The notes under the pieces were generated by a model. It was not told where the DNA came from, searched no databases, and was given only the letters and a program-made list of their open reading frames with translations. Below, in pieces: positions 11,958 to 26,400 of a stretch of DNA of 64,000 bases. The stretch is from Ascidiella aspersa (lineage: Eukaryota): the NCBI GenBank assembly GCA_963924565.1, contig OZ004610.1, forward strand, positions 28,210,001 to 28,274,000. The letters run 5' to 3'. The position numbers and the translations under genes are program-made. The first letter of the stretch is position 1, and each line of letters opens with the position of its first letter.

Positions 11958-14900
11958 AGTTAGTATAATAACAAATTTCCGCCTATAAAAGATGGCGGCA
12001 ATAGTTAGCAACATTAGTTTATTGCTTAAGTCAACTATTTAATATTCATGTAAACAAAAGTTTTATCGGTGTTGCTGTTGTGTATATATATTTTTATTGG
12101 CCGCTCTTTCACAAAAGTGGTGATTTTTCTCCGCCAAACATTTTGTCCAAATAATCAAGTATCGAAATGCGGACCTATTGAGTCGGTTATGATAGTTTAT
12201 ATTTGTTTTCTTCTGAGCACCCAATGCGTTGTGCGAGAAATCGCTTGTTATGTTGTATTTTTGAAACACGTTTACCAATCGCCCGTTGATAAACCTATAA
12301 ATATCGAAAATCTTTTAAAATCAAATGGATTGATTTGTCTATAGTCAGATCTCTGGAAACGTAAACATACTTTGTTAGAATGTCGAGAGCAATATTTAGG
12401 TTTCTGATATATAAAAGGGTGTATCTTTAACAGGTTTCGGCTTGTCGATCACTGTTCCTCTGACACGAACATAAACAATCAAAATCAAAGTTTAAAAGCC
12501 CGATTAGAACACAGGATCAGACATTTTTTAAGAAGTGTAGGTGAATTAAAATAAATGATGTCTGACCCAATGTTTTACCCGGGTTATTAAACGTTGGAGT
12601 TTTATTGTTACGTGACATATATATGCGATTCAGTAGGCACTGTGAAACAGTGCATACACCGAAAATCGGAAATTACAGTAGATTCAAAATACAGCCACGG
12701 CCTATATCAAAGCGGCCAACTAAGCAGACCAATTGTCGGCTGCTCGTCAGAAACATGATCCCAGTTCGATGGAAAATGGAGCGTTTAATAACAAGCTAGA
12801 GTGAATCGTTTGTTCGGCTAGGCCACAGCCTTGTGCCGGAAAGGTCGAAAAGGTCGCGAAATGTAACGAAGTGGCTGGTTGGCGATTGAATAGCAGCTAC
12901 AGGGGTACATTAACACCCAAAAAGGGTTGAAATTTTGTCAGGAATTTACGAGCAATGTATAAATTAGAATTAATCAGTCTGGGTGCAACGCTTCTTGGCT
13001 GGCCACACCTTAGTTTTTTGACGTGTTTTACGGTTGTCTTGTTATTATTTTCCTAAAGGCAGTCATTGTTGGGCAAGGTAGAAACGATTGTGTAATAGTT
13101 ACGTTTAGCTAAATATGTGACAATAACTATTAAAACAGGACAGGCAGTTAGAGTGGTCAATTGGACACGATACTTTGGTTAAAGACATGAACTGCAGGTC
13201 TACTAGGATTTGACGACTTTATAAAATATCTTCGCCAGCTAACAAAGTTGTATCCCTGTTCGAGAACACATTTTTGTTTTTCGAGTCTTTATTTAGACCT
13301 TTTTTTTACGAATACCAAATTTCTTTTTTTACGAATACCAAAGTACCAATAAATTATAATCAAATAACGCTGCATTAATTAGGGTTTTCTGAATTGCGAA
13401 AATATTATTTTACCTTTACAATTACAACCATTTGCGGTTTATTACTAGACAATAGTTAAGGTAGAACCATTAAGTTACGATTTACTAACCGCGTGACTAG
13501 ACGATGCAGATGAAGAGGATAAGAAACAAAAATGTTACGAGATGCTATAGATTGCATTTCCTTAGCGCTCATGCTATTGAATATTACAGGGTTGTCACAC
13601 AATATTACGAAAAATATTTCAAAAACAAGACTTTTCAAAGACAATTTAGGCTACAGCTTTTTAAAGACCTAAAATATCGAATCGCTTGCTGTTTTTTTGA
13701 AAAATATTCGAAAACAAAACAGTATAATTGGCTTGGTTTAAACAATAATTTTTTTTTTTTCTTTTAATTTTTTTACTGTCACTTGCTGAACACATTACTT
13801 GAGCTGCACATAAAATAAATTCAAAGACTATTTAAAAACATTTTGGTGAAACATAGGGTTTTTAAAAGTACTTTTAAAACGCAAATCAATTCCTACACAT
13901 TTTAAGACTTTGGGTTAACCCTGTATTGCTGACGGATACGCATAAAAGGACACCGGTGTCATTCTTGCAAAAAGGTAAAAACCCAGAAAGTAGCGACAAA
14001 AATAGAACGGCGTACACGGTTCTCAAAAACTACCAACATCTGGCCTTCCGAAAGGGGGCGGCGAAATTGTATTTTCGAACACGCAGCGACATGTGGTGTC
14101 GTGCCTGCTTTGTGCCTGGCTCAAGCGTATGTTGTGTTGAGCACAATGTAAACACGACGAAATCGAGATACCGAAGCCTTTGTTCGGTCGGTTTAAATGC
14201 CCAGAGGAAAAGGCGTTTTGTTCCATGTTGGATTCGGACTGGAAGTTTGTACACTGTCGTTTGGATTGACCTGATTGCTTTGCCCTAACTAAGCGGGGGT
14301 AGATTTAAGCCAGTTAAGTTCCTGTTTTGCAAAATACTATAAGCAGGAGATAATATAGTTTAAAATTACGTTGGATGTTTGAATGTAGACTGTGGCGTTG
14401 ACATGGTTGCTCTGCCGAAGCTGGCTTGAACCAGTGTTGTAATGGCTTTAACTCGAATTGTGTACTGTTTTTAAATAGCTTGACTTTGGTTTGTTAAGTC
14501 ATTTAGGATTTTTAGCTAGATTTTAGGGCTTTATTAAATAAATATTACTAAAGTTGACCCTTTCAGCTTAATTTTTTTAATATTTGTTTATTTTTTGTCT
14601 TTGCTTTGCGAAATATTACACAGAATCTAGTGACTTTTTAAAACCTAAATACTCGTATCTCGATGCCAATAATTTGACTTAGTGTATAAGCGTCTTGAAC
14701 AACGCAGCTACATTTTTTATTTGATTTGGCCAATTGTTTATTAATTGGTATGAGCTTTAGATTACAGATCGAAACATTAGCAGCAAGTTTTATAGTCCCA
14801 AGAGTGCCACAGACGTTGTTTCCCTTTCAAAAGATTAAAAAAGAAAAACACCTGTTTAGGTGCGAACGAATCAAATTAAAGAAACTTCAGAGCAAATCGG

Positions 14901-16000
14901 ATTACCAAAGTTTTAAAATGATAAAGTCGCCTAACTTATGGTCCAGTACTATCCAGCTTTTTATGCGAGCTCCTTAAATAATACGCTACCCCGCTTTTAT
15001 TCATTTAAACATCAAACTATAACAAATAATAATGCGAAAGTACTTTAAATTCAATAAAAGTCTTCGGGCTAGTTGCTACAAGCAGGGCGAAATGAGTATT
15101 ATCATATTAATCAATAACATCCTTGTAACATCTCTTAGAAAATACTGACAATATATAGCACGTTTTCTGTTTTTTAATAGAAGAAAAAGCAATAACCAAC
15201 TTTTTCCGGGATTAATTACTTTTCTGGTTTGGCCTAACCCCGACTGAGGCGGCACAATTGCAAGAACAACATTGACTTTAAATATCCTGGAAGAAATATA
15301 GACTGGATATTTGTCATCCGTGTTGGTTTAACCCCAAAGAACAAAGCACTTGGAGCTTATGAATGGTTTGTAGCAAAAGCCAAGAATTGTGAATGACTTT
15401 CCTTGAGTGGCGACCGTGAATGTGCAAGCAGTGGCTTTCAGTATTTTTAGGTGACCCTGCTAGCAGCCTATAGTCGCATTTTGTGTTTATATTTTTTTAT
15501 GAATAATGTATACACCGTAAGTCGAACTCGTGCTTGCTTTATGCGGTTCAGGTTCAGGTTCAGGTCGAATTCTTCTTTTTTCAGAATTAAGTTTTGTTCC
15601 GATTCATGTTGCAAGTCATTTTGATAACTGTTTGAAAACCCATTTGTAAAAATCCGAAATATCCTCAGGTCAAATTGATTCGGATACTTCGTTTCTAATA
15701 GTAAGACACCCCTGTTTCCTAATAGGGGTATTAAAGAAAAAAATCAATTAGAAACATAAAATTTGAATTTTTAGGCAACATTCTGACGTTTTTGTAACAT
15801 TTTCATTATTTTTCTTCTGCCATTGGCGATGATAATTAACTTCTTTGGATAGGACGTTTTAGGGCAAACATTTGTAACAACTCTAAGCTTCTAAAGCACA
15901 TAATGACCTGACAATAGAGTACAAAGGCCCGAACCGCAACTCTCGAAATACTCCAGCGATTGAGCAAACATTCTAAGAATCGATCGACCGTTACGTCACA

Positions 16001-18673
16001 ATGGTAAGTGAATAACATTTGTGTTTGTTGTTGCTATTTGAAAGTGGCTGGCACTTGAAAGCAAGTGGAAAATGCGAATTCAGTTTACAAAACGAATGCC
16101 AATAACAAAATCAAATAGGTCTAGAACTGTAGATCGACACAATAAATTTAAAGAGAAACAGTACCTTCATGGTCATAATTTGTTACATTAACACTGACCC
16201 TAACCAATAATTTTGCTAAACTACGTCTATACATGTAGAAATAGCAGCAAACTTTAAATGCAGTGTTGTAGTCGAATGAAACAGTTCTGGACCCCTAGTT
16301 GGGAACCAGTGGCCTAAACGTTTTAAAACCCGCCTTTTTCTACGAAACGTTATGTTGTTTTAGGGGTCGGCCGTATATAGTGGTATACTGTCTTGGGAGA
16401 GAAACCCATTAACTCTGTAAGCCGTAAAAACGCGCCGTAAACGCGAAAGGTTTCGAAATGGATCGCGTCGTGTCCATCGAAAGCGCTCGACGTTTGGCAG
16501 CTTGCCAGTACGATATGGGAAGCGGAGTTGTAAAAAACAGCAAACAACGTCCGACTTTTGACTTGTTAAGGTTGCGAATCTACTGTGAGCAAGTAGAGCG
16601 ATCTTACTTATGTTAAAAATCTGAAAGTGTTTTTGTTTAATCAAAGTATAATAAAATGACAGATCTTGACTCCGTGGCTAACAAAATATCTACATGTTAC
16701 AAAAAAGGCGAATTGGTAAAGACAATCCACCTCTTTCAAGGTTTTTGTTGACAGATTAGACCCAACACGCAGGTCATATTGCCGAGGCCATGAGTAAATT
16801 ATTCGTAAGTGAAGAAAGTTGATTATGTACATTAAAGTTTGTTACCGCTAGCGAAGTGCAATAGGTTTAAAAAAAAATTGGGTTTTTATGTAGTCAAGGT
16901 GAATGCGTTGTCAAGTCCAAGGTAACAAAACATACAATGACGATTAATCGTTTAAAGTTCAATGCGAAAGCACCCTTGACACTCCCGACATGAGGTGATA
17001 AAGGCCCCTCAGAATATACCACGTAATCCACTTAAAAGCACTCCAATCAGTACAGAACTCTATTTGTTTCCAATTGCTGTAAAGTGTTAGGTAAAGAATA
17101 GTGTTCAACAATAAAAACGCGTCCTGCCGAATAAAGGTCAGAAAAAGTTTATAAACAGATTAACAAAAAAAATATATAGCTTAAATAGCCGAAAGCAATG
17201 TGTTTAAAAGTAGAAGCAAAGAAGGAAGTAATATTGCATTTTTTATGGAATATTCTGTTATTTAAATCACTGTCCCTAATATTGCGCAATGTAGAAATAC
17301 AGAAAATTCGTAACTAACACTAACTGGGCTCCAATAAAATTAGTTTTCCGAAATTTCCTTGGAAAGCAAACGGTTTGTTTTTATTTATGGAGTTTCGTTT
17401 CTGTTAAACATTTAAATAAAAAATAAACAATAAAAGATAAAAAGAAGATTTTAAAGGACGTGGCTAGAATCACAATGTAAAAAATACCAATTTTGATCTA
17501 AATCAAAATACACTTTGAAAAAAGGTAGGCTATATATGAGAGGGCAAAATAGATTGTTACTATGTTGAAGCTAGCTTTACGAAAACCATGGAGATCTAAT
17601 AATGTAGGCCTATTTCTACAGAGAACCACATTGTCGTATGGAGCGTAGTCCACAATTTTGTTTTATCATTTTTCGAAAGCCGTCACGCAAAGTGTCGAAG
17701 AGCCCAAAGCTGAAAGGTCAAGGTCGAAAAGGTCGCAGCGCCAGTCGCGGTGGATCGTCCAAGTCGAAGAAAAGAAAATCGTCGACCGGAAAGTCGAGAA
17801 GTGCTTCGCCTTTGGGACCCGGAAAAACTGAAGTCGAGGTGAAATCCATTATCGCCAAGTTTGCTCAAATTGTTTTATGGATAAAAATGTAAGGCAAGGC
17901 ACTCCGCTTTTCACCGTGGTATTTTCTTATTTAATCTTAGTTGGTATCCCGCTTTGTCTTACCTATACATGACACAGTTATAGATATATTCATTACCGAT
18001 GAGTATTATTCACGCTTGAATAACCAAAAGCCATTTTACGTAAAAAAGCTACAATTTTCACTCAGCTGTTTACCACAACTTGTTTTATTTCATTTATCCC
18101 AGTTGCTGGCCATTTTTCCTAACAGCAGGCAGCACTATTAAATTCCACCTACTTTTTATCGCCAGTTGCCCTTAATGTTTGTGCCACTATCCGTTATATT
18201 ATATGACCTGATAAACTTACAATATTAAAATATAACTTTAATATTTAATAGTTTGCCATGATATACATATTTTGTTACCTTAAATTTGGTATGTATTTTT
18301 TAAATTGAGCTACTTATCGTGAGTCTTTGGGCTTCCAGTTATCTTGAAATCTTTAACATAAATGTTTAACCCACGAATATTAAAAACAAACATAAAACAG
18401 TGGGGGACCCACGTAGGCCTATAAATTTTGTAAGAAAAAGGGTTTGGACCAAAAAGATAAACGTATTGAACAATAACATGGCATTACAATTTAAAGTTAA
18501 GTTCTTTTTTGGCTTGGCAGATTGACATCCTCAGTCCTGCCGCAATGTACAACGCCTACTACATTTGCCACCACGCTCCGGATTGTTTGGAGAAGAGAGG
18601 ATTTGCCTGGCCCGGAGCAAAAGGCGGGAAGAAAGGAAAAAAGGGAAAAGGCAAAAAGAAAAAGAAGAAATAA
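16001..18673 (+). CDS. SMKR1: Small lysine-rich protein 1 (exons 16001-16003 ATG only, 17680-17838, 18521-18673; ~104 aa)
   Basis: The last exon encodes [41 protein letters not shown].., the SMKR1 signature ([31 protein letters not shown]). The K/R/S-rich middle exon joins in phase 0. ATG|GTAAGT at 16001 supplies the start; this exon is the least certain. Confidence 0.85.
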
Positions 18674-20493
18674 CACTCGCTATTCTGCGTTAGACAATTG
18701 ATTTTTTATAATTTTATTTTTTGGTCATTTTTACTAAAAAATGTAATCGTATTGTGGAATTTGTTGTTTGATAATTGAATTATCGCTCGTATTTAATTGC
18801 ATAGACATGTTGAAGTTTACTTGTTCGTCGTTTTTATATGTCTACCTTAAGCGCAAAACTTACCTATTTTAAAACCCAATATATTGTTACCTGTTATTAG
18901 AAAATACTATTATCGGTCTTCCGTTGTAAAAAATATACGTTTTACCTAAAACAGCTATTTTCCTACACCGTTCTTTTTAAATAGAAATAATCGATCGCCA
19001 CAACTGGCAAGAAAAATTGTTGCACATTCGCTCCACGACAAATGCGTTATTTCGACTTCTTTTATCAGTAAAAATTCACAATCTTCCAAAAACGGCAAGA
19101 ACATGGCTGAGTCTTGCAAAATAGCGAATATCAAAATCAGAACAACGTTAAATGAGATTCAAAACTGTTTCTTTAAACGCAGTCAAAAAAATTTAAGATG
19201 AATATTTGAACCTGTTCGTTGACAAGTTTCAGTATAGATGTCCGGTTTAAACCTTTGTGACAAGGTAACTTTGCCAAAAGGCGATACGATTTGCACGTTG
19301 TCGTTGGATTTACAGCGAGCTTGCACAAGTCTAGGCCTACTGCTATTAACATTGTTTTAGTCGTACATCATGTCAAAGTACTTTGTCGTCCACATACAAT
19401 AAATTCTAACAGCCATTTTCGTTTTGATGTACGACTGTGTGAGTCACAATCTTTTAGGACAGATATCCTAAAGTTGCTTTTTTGTGCTGGCAAACCTAAA
19501 ACTGGCACAGCAAAAACATCGGATGTTTATTAGCGTAGTTTATGTAGAATAACACGCCAACGCCCTGCCACGAAGTAACGTCAAAACAACAGGTTACTTC
19601 AGGTCAACTGGCTAAACGATATTATATCACAATAGGAATATTCCGTGAAAAATGGTCAATGAGAGATGGCAGAGTAATGCAACGTCTGGGATCATAAAGT
19701 AGATTTACAGGTATAACGCAATTTGTGACAGTGTGTCTTAGTCGGCGACCTTTTAAGTCTTGCGCTTAAAGCAGTACAAGACTTCTCGACCAAGACACGC
19801 CTGAACTCTTAAGCATTTCATAACCTTTGTTAGTTTAATTCGAACAAAGCTTAAGCTCAAGCAAATGAATACTGGAGACGTTGCGTTTGAAATAAGTAAA
19901 CATTCGGTTTGCCAGTAAATTTTATTGCACTTGAAAAGTAGCGCTCAGACACGAAATACAACGCAGTGTCAGAAACTTTGTGTACGATACAAGTTACGAA
20001 AGCACTCTGGGTTAGCACAGCACAATATGGGCGATGATAAATAAGAAACAAACAGGATAGAAGGGTTGCGGATATTTGATTCCATTGAAAGCTTGATATT
20101 TCAACTTCTATAGTTGGCAAATATCTTCTTCAAAAATAATTGGGTGCTTAGTACAATTCGCCCTTTCGAATAAGAATCGATCCTTCTTCAAATTTTATAC
20201 TGTTCCTATTATGTTAGGTTTGCCTTAAGATTGTACCTTACTTAAATGTAGTGTGTATTTCTTTGCATCATCACAAACAGAAAACCTGTGGTTAATGTGT
20301 AGTTTCCCCCAAATGGAAATCGCAACTTTTGACCAACCTTAGCGTAGTTCGGAAGATAACAATGTGCGACCTTTTAGGTATTTTATAACAGGAACCCAAA
20401 TGTGGTATCCGGTTTAAAAAAAGTAGAAATAATCTCCAAAATATAATAGCTTTGTTCACAAAAAAAAACACCGCGTACCACAGAAAGTGTTTC

Positions 20494-23400
20494 TCATCTC
20501 TCCGGTTCGGAAACTCCGGCGCTGACCATGACTATAGGCGAGAAGTTGTGGAAATTCTCCTTCTCCGTGGAGGAGCTGGAAGAAGTCCTCCTCAACTTGA
20601 GCTGCGCAGAGGACTCAAGGATAGAAGAGGAGGCGGCGCGATGGAGCCGGAGCAGAAAGCGACCTCGCAGGAGAAAAATAACGGTGGCCTCGAAATCGAC
20701 GCTCGCCCCGGCTTTAATCTTTGGGGAAAAATATTTTTTTGGTCTCGCCGCAAAAAAGGTTGGGAAACACTGTTTTAAGGCAGTTGTTTCACAACGTAAG
20801 ATTGCATAACGTAAACGACTTTGATTTCAGCGAAACAATGCCTGGCAGCAACACCGTATTCTTTGACTATCCAAGCTGTCATTTGATTGAGTGTGTGCCC
20901 ATATAGGTGATTGAGGCCAGGAACGCAGCTTATGGTGACATGATTATAAATATTTGATTTTTGAAAGACTTGAAAGACGAGAGACAAATGAAAGACGAGA
21001 GACGAAATTGGGTCACTGTTTTCAACATAAAGATATAGTACAACCTTTTTTCTGTTGAAGGCTGTGTATGATCGAGGCTGTAACTTATCAAGTTCCTAAT
21101 GGCTGCTAATTAAATATTAACTATGGTGGTCCTAAAAGATGCACACAAAGGTTTATCATCCGTGGTGAAACATATGTGAATACAAGAATTAACGACCATC
21201 TTTAAACAACATAATTGAATTGCACCCAACAGAATTGCTAATAAATTAGTGGTGAAATGTTTATAGCGGTATGTGTTAATTAAGAATCCAATTTCGATAC
21301 GTATCCGATTGAGCATTTTATATCGGGCAATTGGAATCCGTTTTTTTTTTGTTTTCGTTTTATCGTGGATGGTTGCGCCTGATTGTACATACGCGAGGGG
21401 CAAGAAAATATAATAAACATATGTTAGCAAAGTGTTTTGCAATTAATTTCTACCATTATAGAGTAAATTATGTCCCCCCCCCCCAAAAAAAAATAGAAGT
21501 TATATTAATAAAAGTATAATACGATTCGACATTCTGAAATTCTTATTCTAAATTGGAAAACGAATATTCTGGAATCCCCTGGGATTCTAATTTGAACATC
21601 CATATTTACTTGCATTGATATAACAATTATTGACTAAGCTATGGCCTGTTCAACTATAGAGTATATTATGATTACCCCCCTACCCTAAAAACAAAAAAAA
21701 CGTTAAATTAATAAAAATATACCAGGATTCAATATTCTAGGTTCATTATTTTAGATTCGACATCTAATATTCTCGAGTTAGTATATTGTCTCCCTATTTA
21801 CTTGCATTGAGAACAAATTATGACTGAGCTCTGACCTCTTCAGCTATAGAGTATATTATGATTAGCCCAACCCCAAAAAGCAATAGAAGTTAAATTAATT
21901 AAAAAGGTAACATAATTCGTTATTCTAGGTCATCACTTTGGATTGAGATACAACAATTATTGACTTAGCTATGACCTGTTCAATTATAGAGTATAATATG
22001 ATTCCCCCCCCCCCAAAAAAATAAAAGAAATTTAAATTAAAAATAATATGCCAGGAATCGACATTTCTTATTATTTTTCACACCTAATTATTTAGAGGTC
22101 GTGCATTGTACTTGCATTGACAACAATTATTGACTGAGCTCCGACCTGTTCAAAGCGTTGCGGCGAAGTTCATTCTAACTTGAACATCCCTATTTACTTG
22201 CATTAAGAAAACAACAATTGACTGAGCTCTGACCTGTTCAAAGCGTTGCGACTGAGCTCCGAGGCAAAGAGCGCAATCCTCCATGTTCCACTCCCGGAAG
22301 CCGTTCATCTGATCCTGGAAGATCTCGAGGTCCACGTCGACGAGCGGGATGCAGAAGTCTTCAAGCAGAAAAGAAGAAGTCAAGTTGGTTACCCCAAACT
22401 TAACATTGGTAAAAAGTTGTTTTGGCAAACTTAATTTATGCGTTGTATCACTGCTAAAGCAACTTTTCGATATATTTTTTTTCCAGATGTTTTAATGCGA
22501 TTTTGCAGGTATATTTTTTCAGATTTAAGAATGAGATATTCTATAAAATATGTTTTGCAAATAATTTTTATTGAGCTATTCTTTAAAACACGTTTCGTTA
22601 ATATATTTTTTCTTCGGTGTATTAATGCGATATTTTTTTTAAAATGTTTTGTAAATGTATTTTCTTAAATTTATTAAGCCGGCCATGTTATTTTATTTGA
22701 TCCAAAAATTTTGTGGATATATTTAATCGAGGTGTAATTAATGGTGAAAAGGCATTTTAATCACTTTTTTGTTTAATATACCGTGGAACACAATTAACCA
22801 TCACGATCTACAAGCTATAGCAAAACATTTATCTTCTAAAGAAGAAATATTGAGAATAGCACATAAGAAAACTGCACATAAGAAAAATTGTTATTAAAAC
22901 AAAAAAAACCGATGATTTACTGAAAAACCATAAAAATATCAATGTTTGTTTTGTTTATCATGTTTCACCACTTTTTTCGGCTATCTGACTAAAAAATGTT
23001 GGTTGCAATTAAAGAAAACTTAAATGCTGACGTTTCAATATTAGACAAAATCATAGACACAAACAAAATTCACCTGTCGTGTTGCGAATCGTCACTGTGA
23101 CGTAACAAGGCTCGCCGACTGTCGCGTCATAGCGCTTGATTTGTGTGACGTCAACGTCGTTCAAAAAGAAGCGCCAGTTCACTGGAGGACGAATCAGGTT
23201 CACCACACAATCACGTGACAGCGGGAGTTTAGACGTGTCAAGCGAACCGTGACGACCGTTGCCTGTTGGGAAAATTTTCAAAATAAAACCAAAAAAAACA
23301 ACATTTTAAACTATGGAATATCGTCACCTAGCATTTTAGAAGGGGGGAATAATTTAAAACACCTGATAAAAGTTCTATGGTGATGACCTTAATTACATGT

Positions 23401-26400
23401 GTAAAACATAATACGTAAACGTTTTTAAGGGCCATATTTCATAGCTGTGTACTGTTTTCAATGTGTTTTTTCGGCAAATTTAAATTTGACGATATCTTAA
23501 AAATGTAATGTGCTAGAGAAAAGCTAAAGATTTGTTCGAAATCAGCGCAAAAAATAAATCTAAGATAAAATACTCACTCTTGTTAAAAAAAGTGAAATTT
23601 TGTTGACCAGGGTTATCTTCTGATTAACAGTTTTTTTTTAATGTTCTATTTTGTTGGGTAATTAATGATTTCGCTCAAAGAATTTTAAATTTTACAGAAA
23701 CTAATGATCCTACTTTATTAGATATATTGTATTTTCCTTTTAGTAAACGCCTCAGTCTGCATGTTACAAGGATATTATTAATTTTGAGTGAATTAACTTT
23801 CAGATGACCTTGATAGAAGAGCTGAAACTTGGGCACAGAAAGATTAACTTTTTTTCACTATTCTGTATTTTTTTATGAATTCTGATCCAGTTTCATATAT
23901 TTGAGGGTCACTTCGATCTGGGAAATATCAGTTGTCGCATCTTACGTTTTTTTTCACGCTATCCAAATCGTATGAATAGTTTAGTTCGAATTTCTAGTGA
24001 ATTAAAACTTGATTGCATCGAAAAGTTGACAGTACTTTTGTTAATAATATACTAACTACAGACACGAAATATTTGAGTTTTTTCAAAACGTTTCAACCTT
24101 ACCAGGAGACTTTCAATTTAAATACCGGTAACTAAAAAAATTAAGCAAAGCAATAGGTTTAAAAATAGGTATGACCAAACGGCAATATCTTTTGTCGAAA
24201 ATACATATCGGTATGAAATTAAAATGTTTAGTACAGGACAACCTTTAGTTCAGGGGTTCTTAAACTGGGGCCCATGGACCTCTTGGGGTCCGTGAACTAG
24301 ATTTAGGGGGTCCATGAAGGCCTAATTGAAATATTAGTGTATATTTAAGAAGAATCAATTTAATAATTGAAACAATTTAAATAAAAATGACAGTTTTGCA
24401 CTGAATGTATTAAGACTCCTCTTAAATCCACATTTTTCGACCAAAATCAGCAAATTTATGAAGTCTATTGGTACCGCAACGTCAATTTATGACGTTATTT
24501 TTGAATTTTTTTCGCCTACAGTGGTCCACGCGAGGTAAAAAAAAACTTTAGGGGTCCGCGGTAAAAAAAAGTTCAAGAAGCCCTGCTTTAGTTAGAATGG
24601 AAAATCGACATGGTATCTTAGTAAGAATGGGCATGTAATCAAATGCGTTTGCGCAAAAATATCGTAATAAAACAACAAGTAACATCTTTACCCTTTATCT
24701 CCCACTTAACGTCCAGCAGTTTGCTCAGTCTGGTCTGTAGATCACTGGTTTGGCTGGAGGAGGTTGGAGGATTCCAAGAGCGACTCTTCTCCTGAGATTC
24801 GTTGGAGATCTTGAAGTCGATGGTCGGCATCATCGCCACTAGAGTGTGCTGTTCGTCCGGCTCCACGCTACAATTCTGTCGGGATATAGAAGTAATTTGT
24901 TTTAAGACGTAATAAGAATATCAAAGCCCATACAGAAGTAGGTATCATTTTAAACGTTTCGAATATGTCTTTATTCATTTTCAACAGATGTTACTTCTGT
25001 ATGGGCTTTGATATTCTTATTACGTCTTACTACAACCTCCAACCATTTTGCTCCAAAATTTGTTTATTGTTTAGCAAAGCTTTTAGTTGTGGAGTGTGAT
25101 TTTAAGAAAACGTTTTTGTAGAAATTTTCAATATGTTTATTAAGTGAATAATTCTAAAACGTTTACTCTACATTCTTGGGCCCCTAAAATATTTAAGGTC
25201 AATTTAAACACTTGGGTATAAAATTCGAGACACATTATAATTAGGTGTGTTTTGATCATACGCCTTGCTTTTAACGCAACACTCTATAGACTTATTATTA
25301 TTTATTCTTAAAAGAAGGGTTTGTGCCTTAAAAAAGGGTGAATAGTGAATATCGAAGTAAAATAAGGTAAATACAAGTAGTTTAAGTCTGATTTCTGGTT
25401 TTTAATGCTTTAGCTGAAGAGAGTTTTAGGTGTTATACAAAGTTTAATCTCTTATGCGCGTTTCCATAAAGGAAATTTCTCTGAAAATTTTCTGCTTCTA
25501 CCTTTCTTTCCACAGTTTCTTGCGCCCCTTCGTTCCACGATAAGTCGAAGACGTGCTTGGAAAAGTTTATGACGACCACCGTGACTTTGCAGCATTCTTG
25601 TCTGAAAGGTAAAAACACGAATATGGGACGTGACATAAATAGTTTAGAGCAAAATAGGAAAATTAGACTTATAAAGTCGTTTTTATAATGAAAAGAAAAT
25701 GTGAAGGTTGGAGGAGAAATTTAGATTCGGAACACAAAATGCCAATTACTTCACTATTAGCTTTGTATGTGTATTAACAACAGAATCTGGCCCTCCAACA
25801 GAACACATAATGCCGACGATAAAAGTTCTAAAATTTATTAATAAAAGCTTGAGAAGCGCACTGCTCCGAACAAAAATCTGTCAGCAAGGTCTAAAACTTT
25901 AATACAAATATGCATTTCTCCTATAAATGGCATCATCAGTTTGTCTGTACAAATAAATAGTAAAAAATTAAAATATTAAAATATTAAAATATAAATGTAA
26001 AATAAATTAATAAAATACATCCAAGATGAACAAAGACAAAGACAGTCTGCGTATAAACCCCAACCACTACTGTAAAACAAAAGCAAAAGGAGCATGCGAT
26101 ACGTGTAGCGGCCACAGAAAGCCACTGATAAAAACACGGCCCAGAGGGAAGCGGTATGAGAATCAGTGACGTAGCAAAACATGGTAGATAAGAAAAGGTG
26201 GAAAGGCAAAAGCAAACCTAAAACCACAGTTGGACAAGAAAACGGATATGGCTCACATTCCGAAATGGAACAGCACAACGCAAAAACGAAAACACAAATC
26301 CGCAAAGATATATATAAAAATATATATAAAAAGGCTACCGAATTTGGGGTAATATCATTTTTTGAATGTTAATTGAGGCTCTGGTGAGTTTGAGCCATTT

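Noticed and set aside
11000-16000. Short ORFs (e.g. 13926-14288) as an additional gene
   Set aside because: No recognisable homology, coding-like composition or consistent exon chain.
25950-26335. SECIS element or selenoprotein-type Penelope; ORF 25976-26305
   Set aside because: No in-frame TGA in the retained ORF and no convincing SECIS; the small ORF is low-complexity T-rich pLTR sequence.
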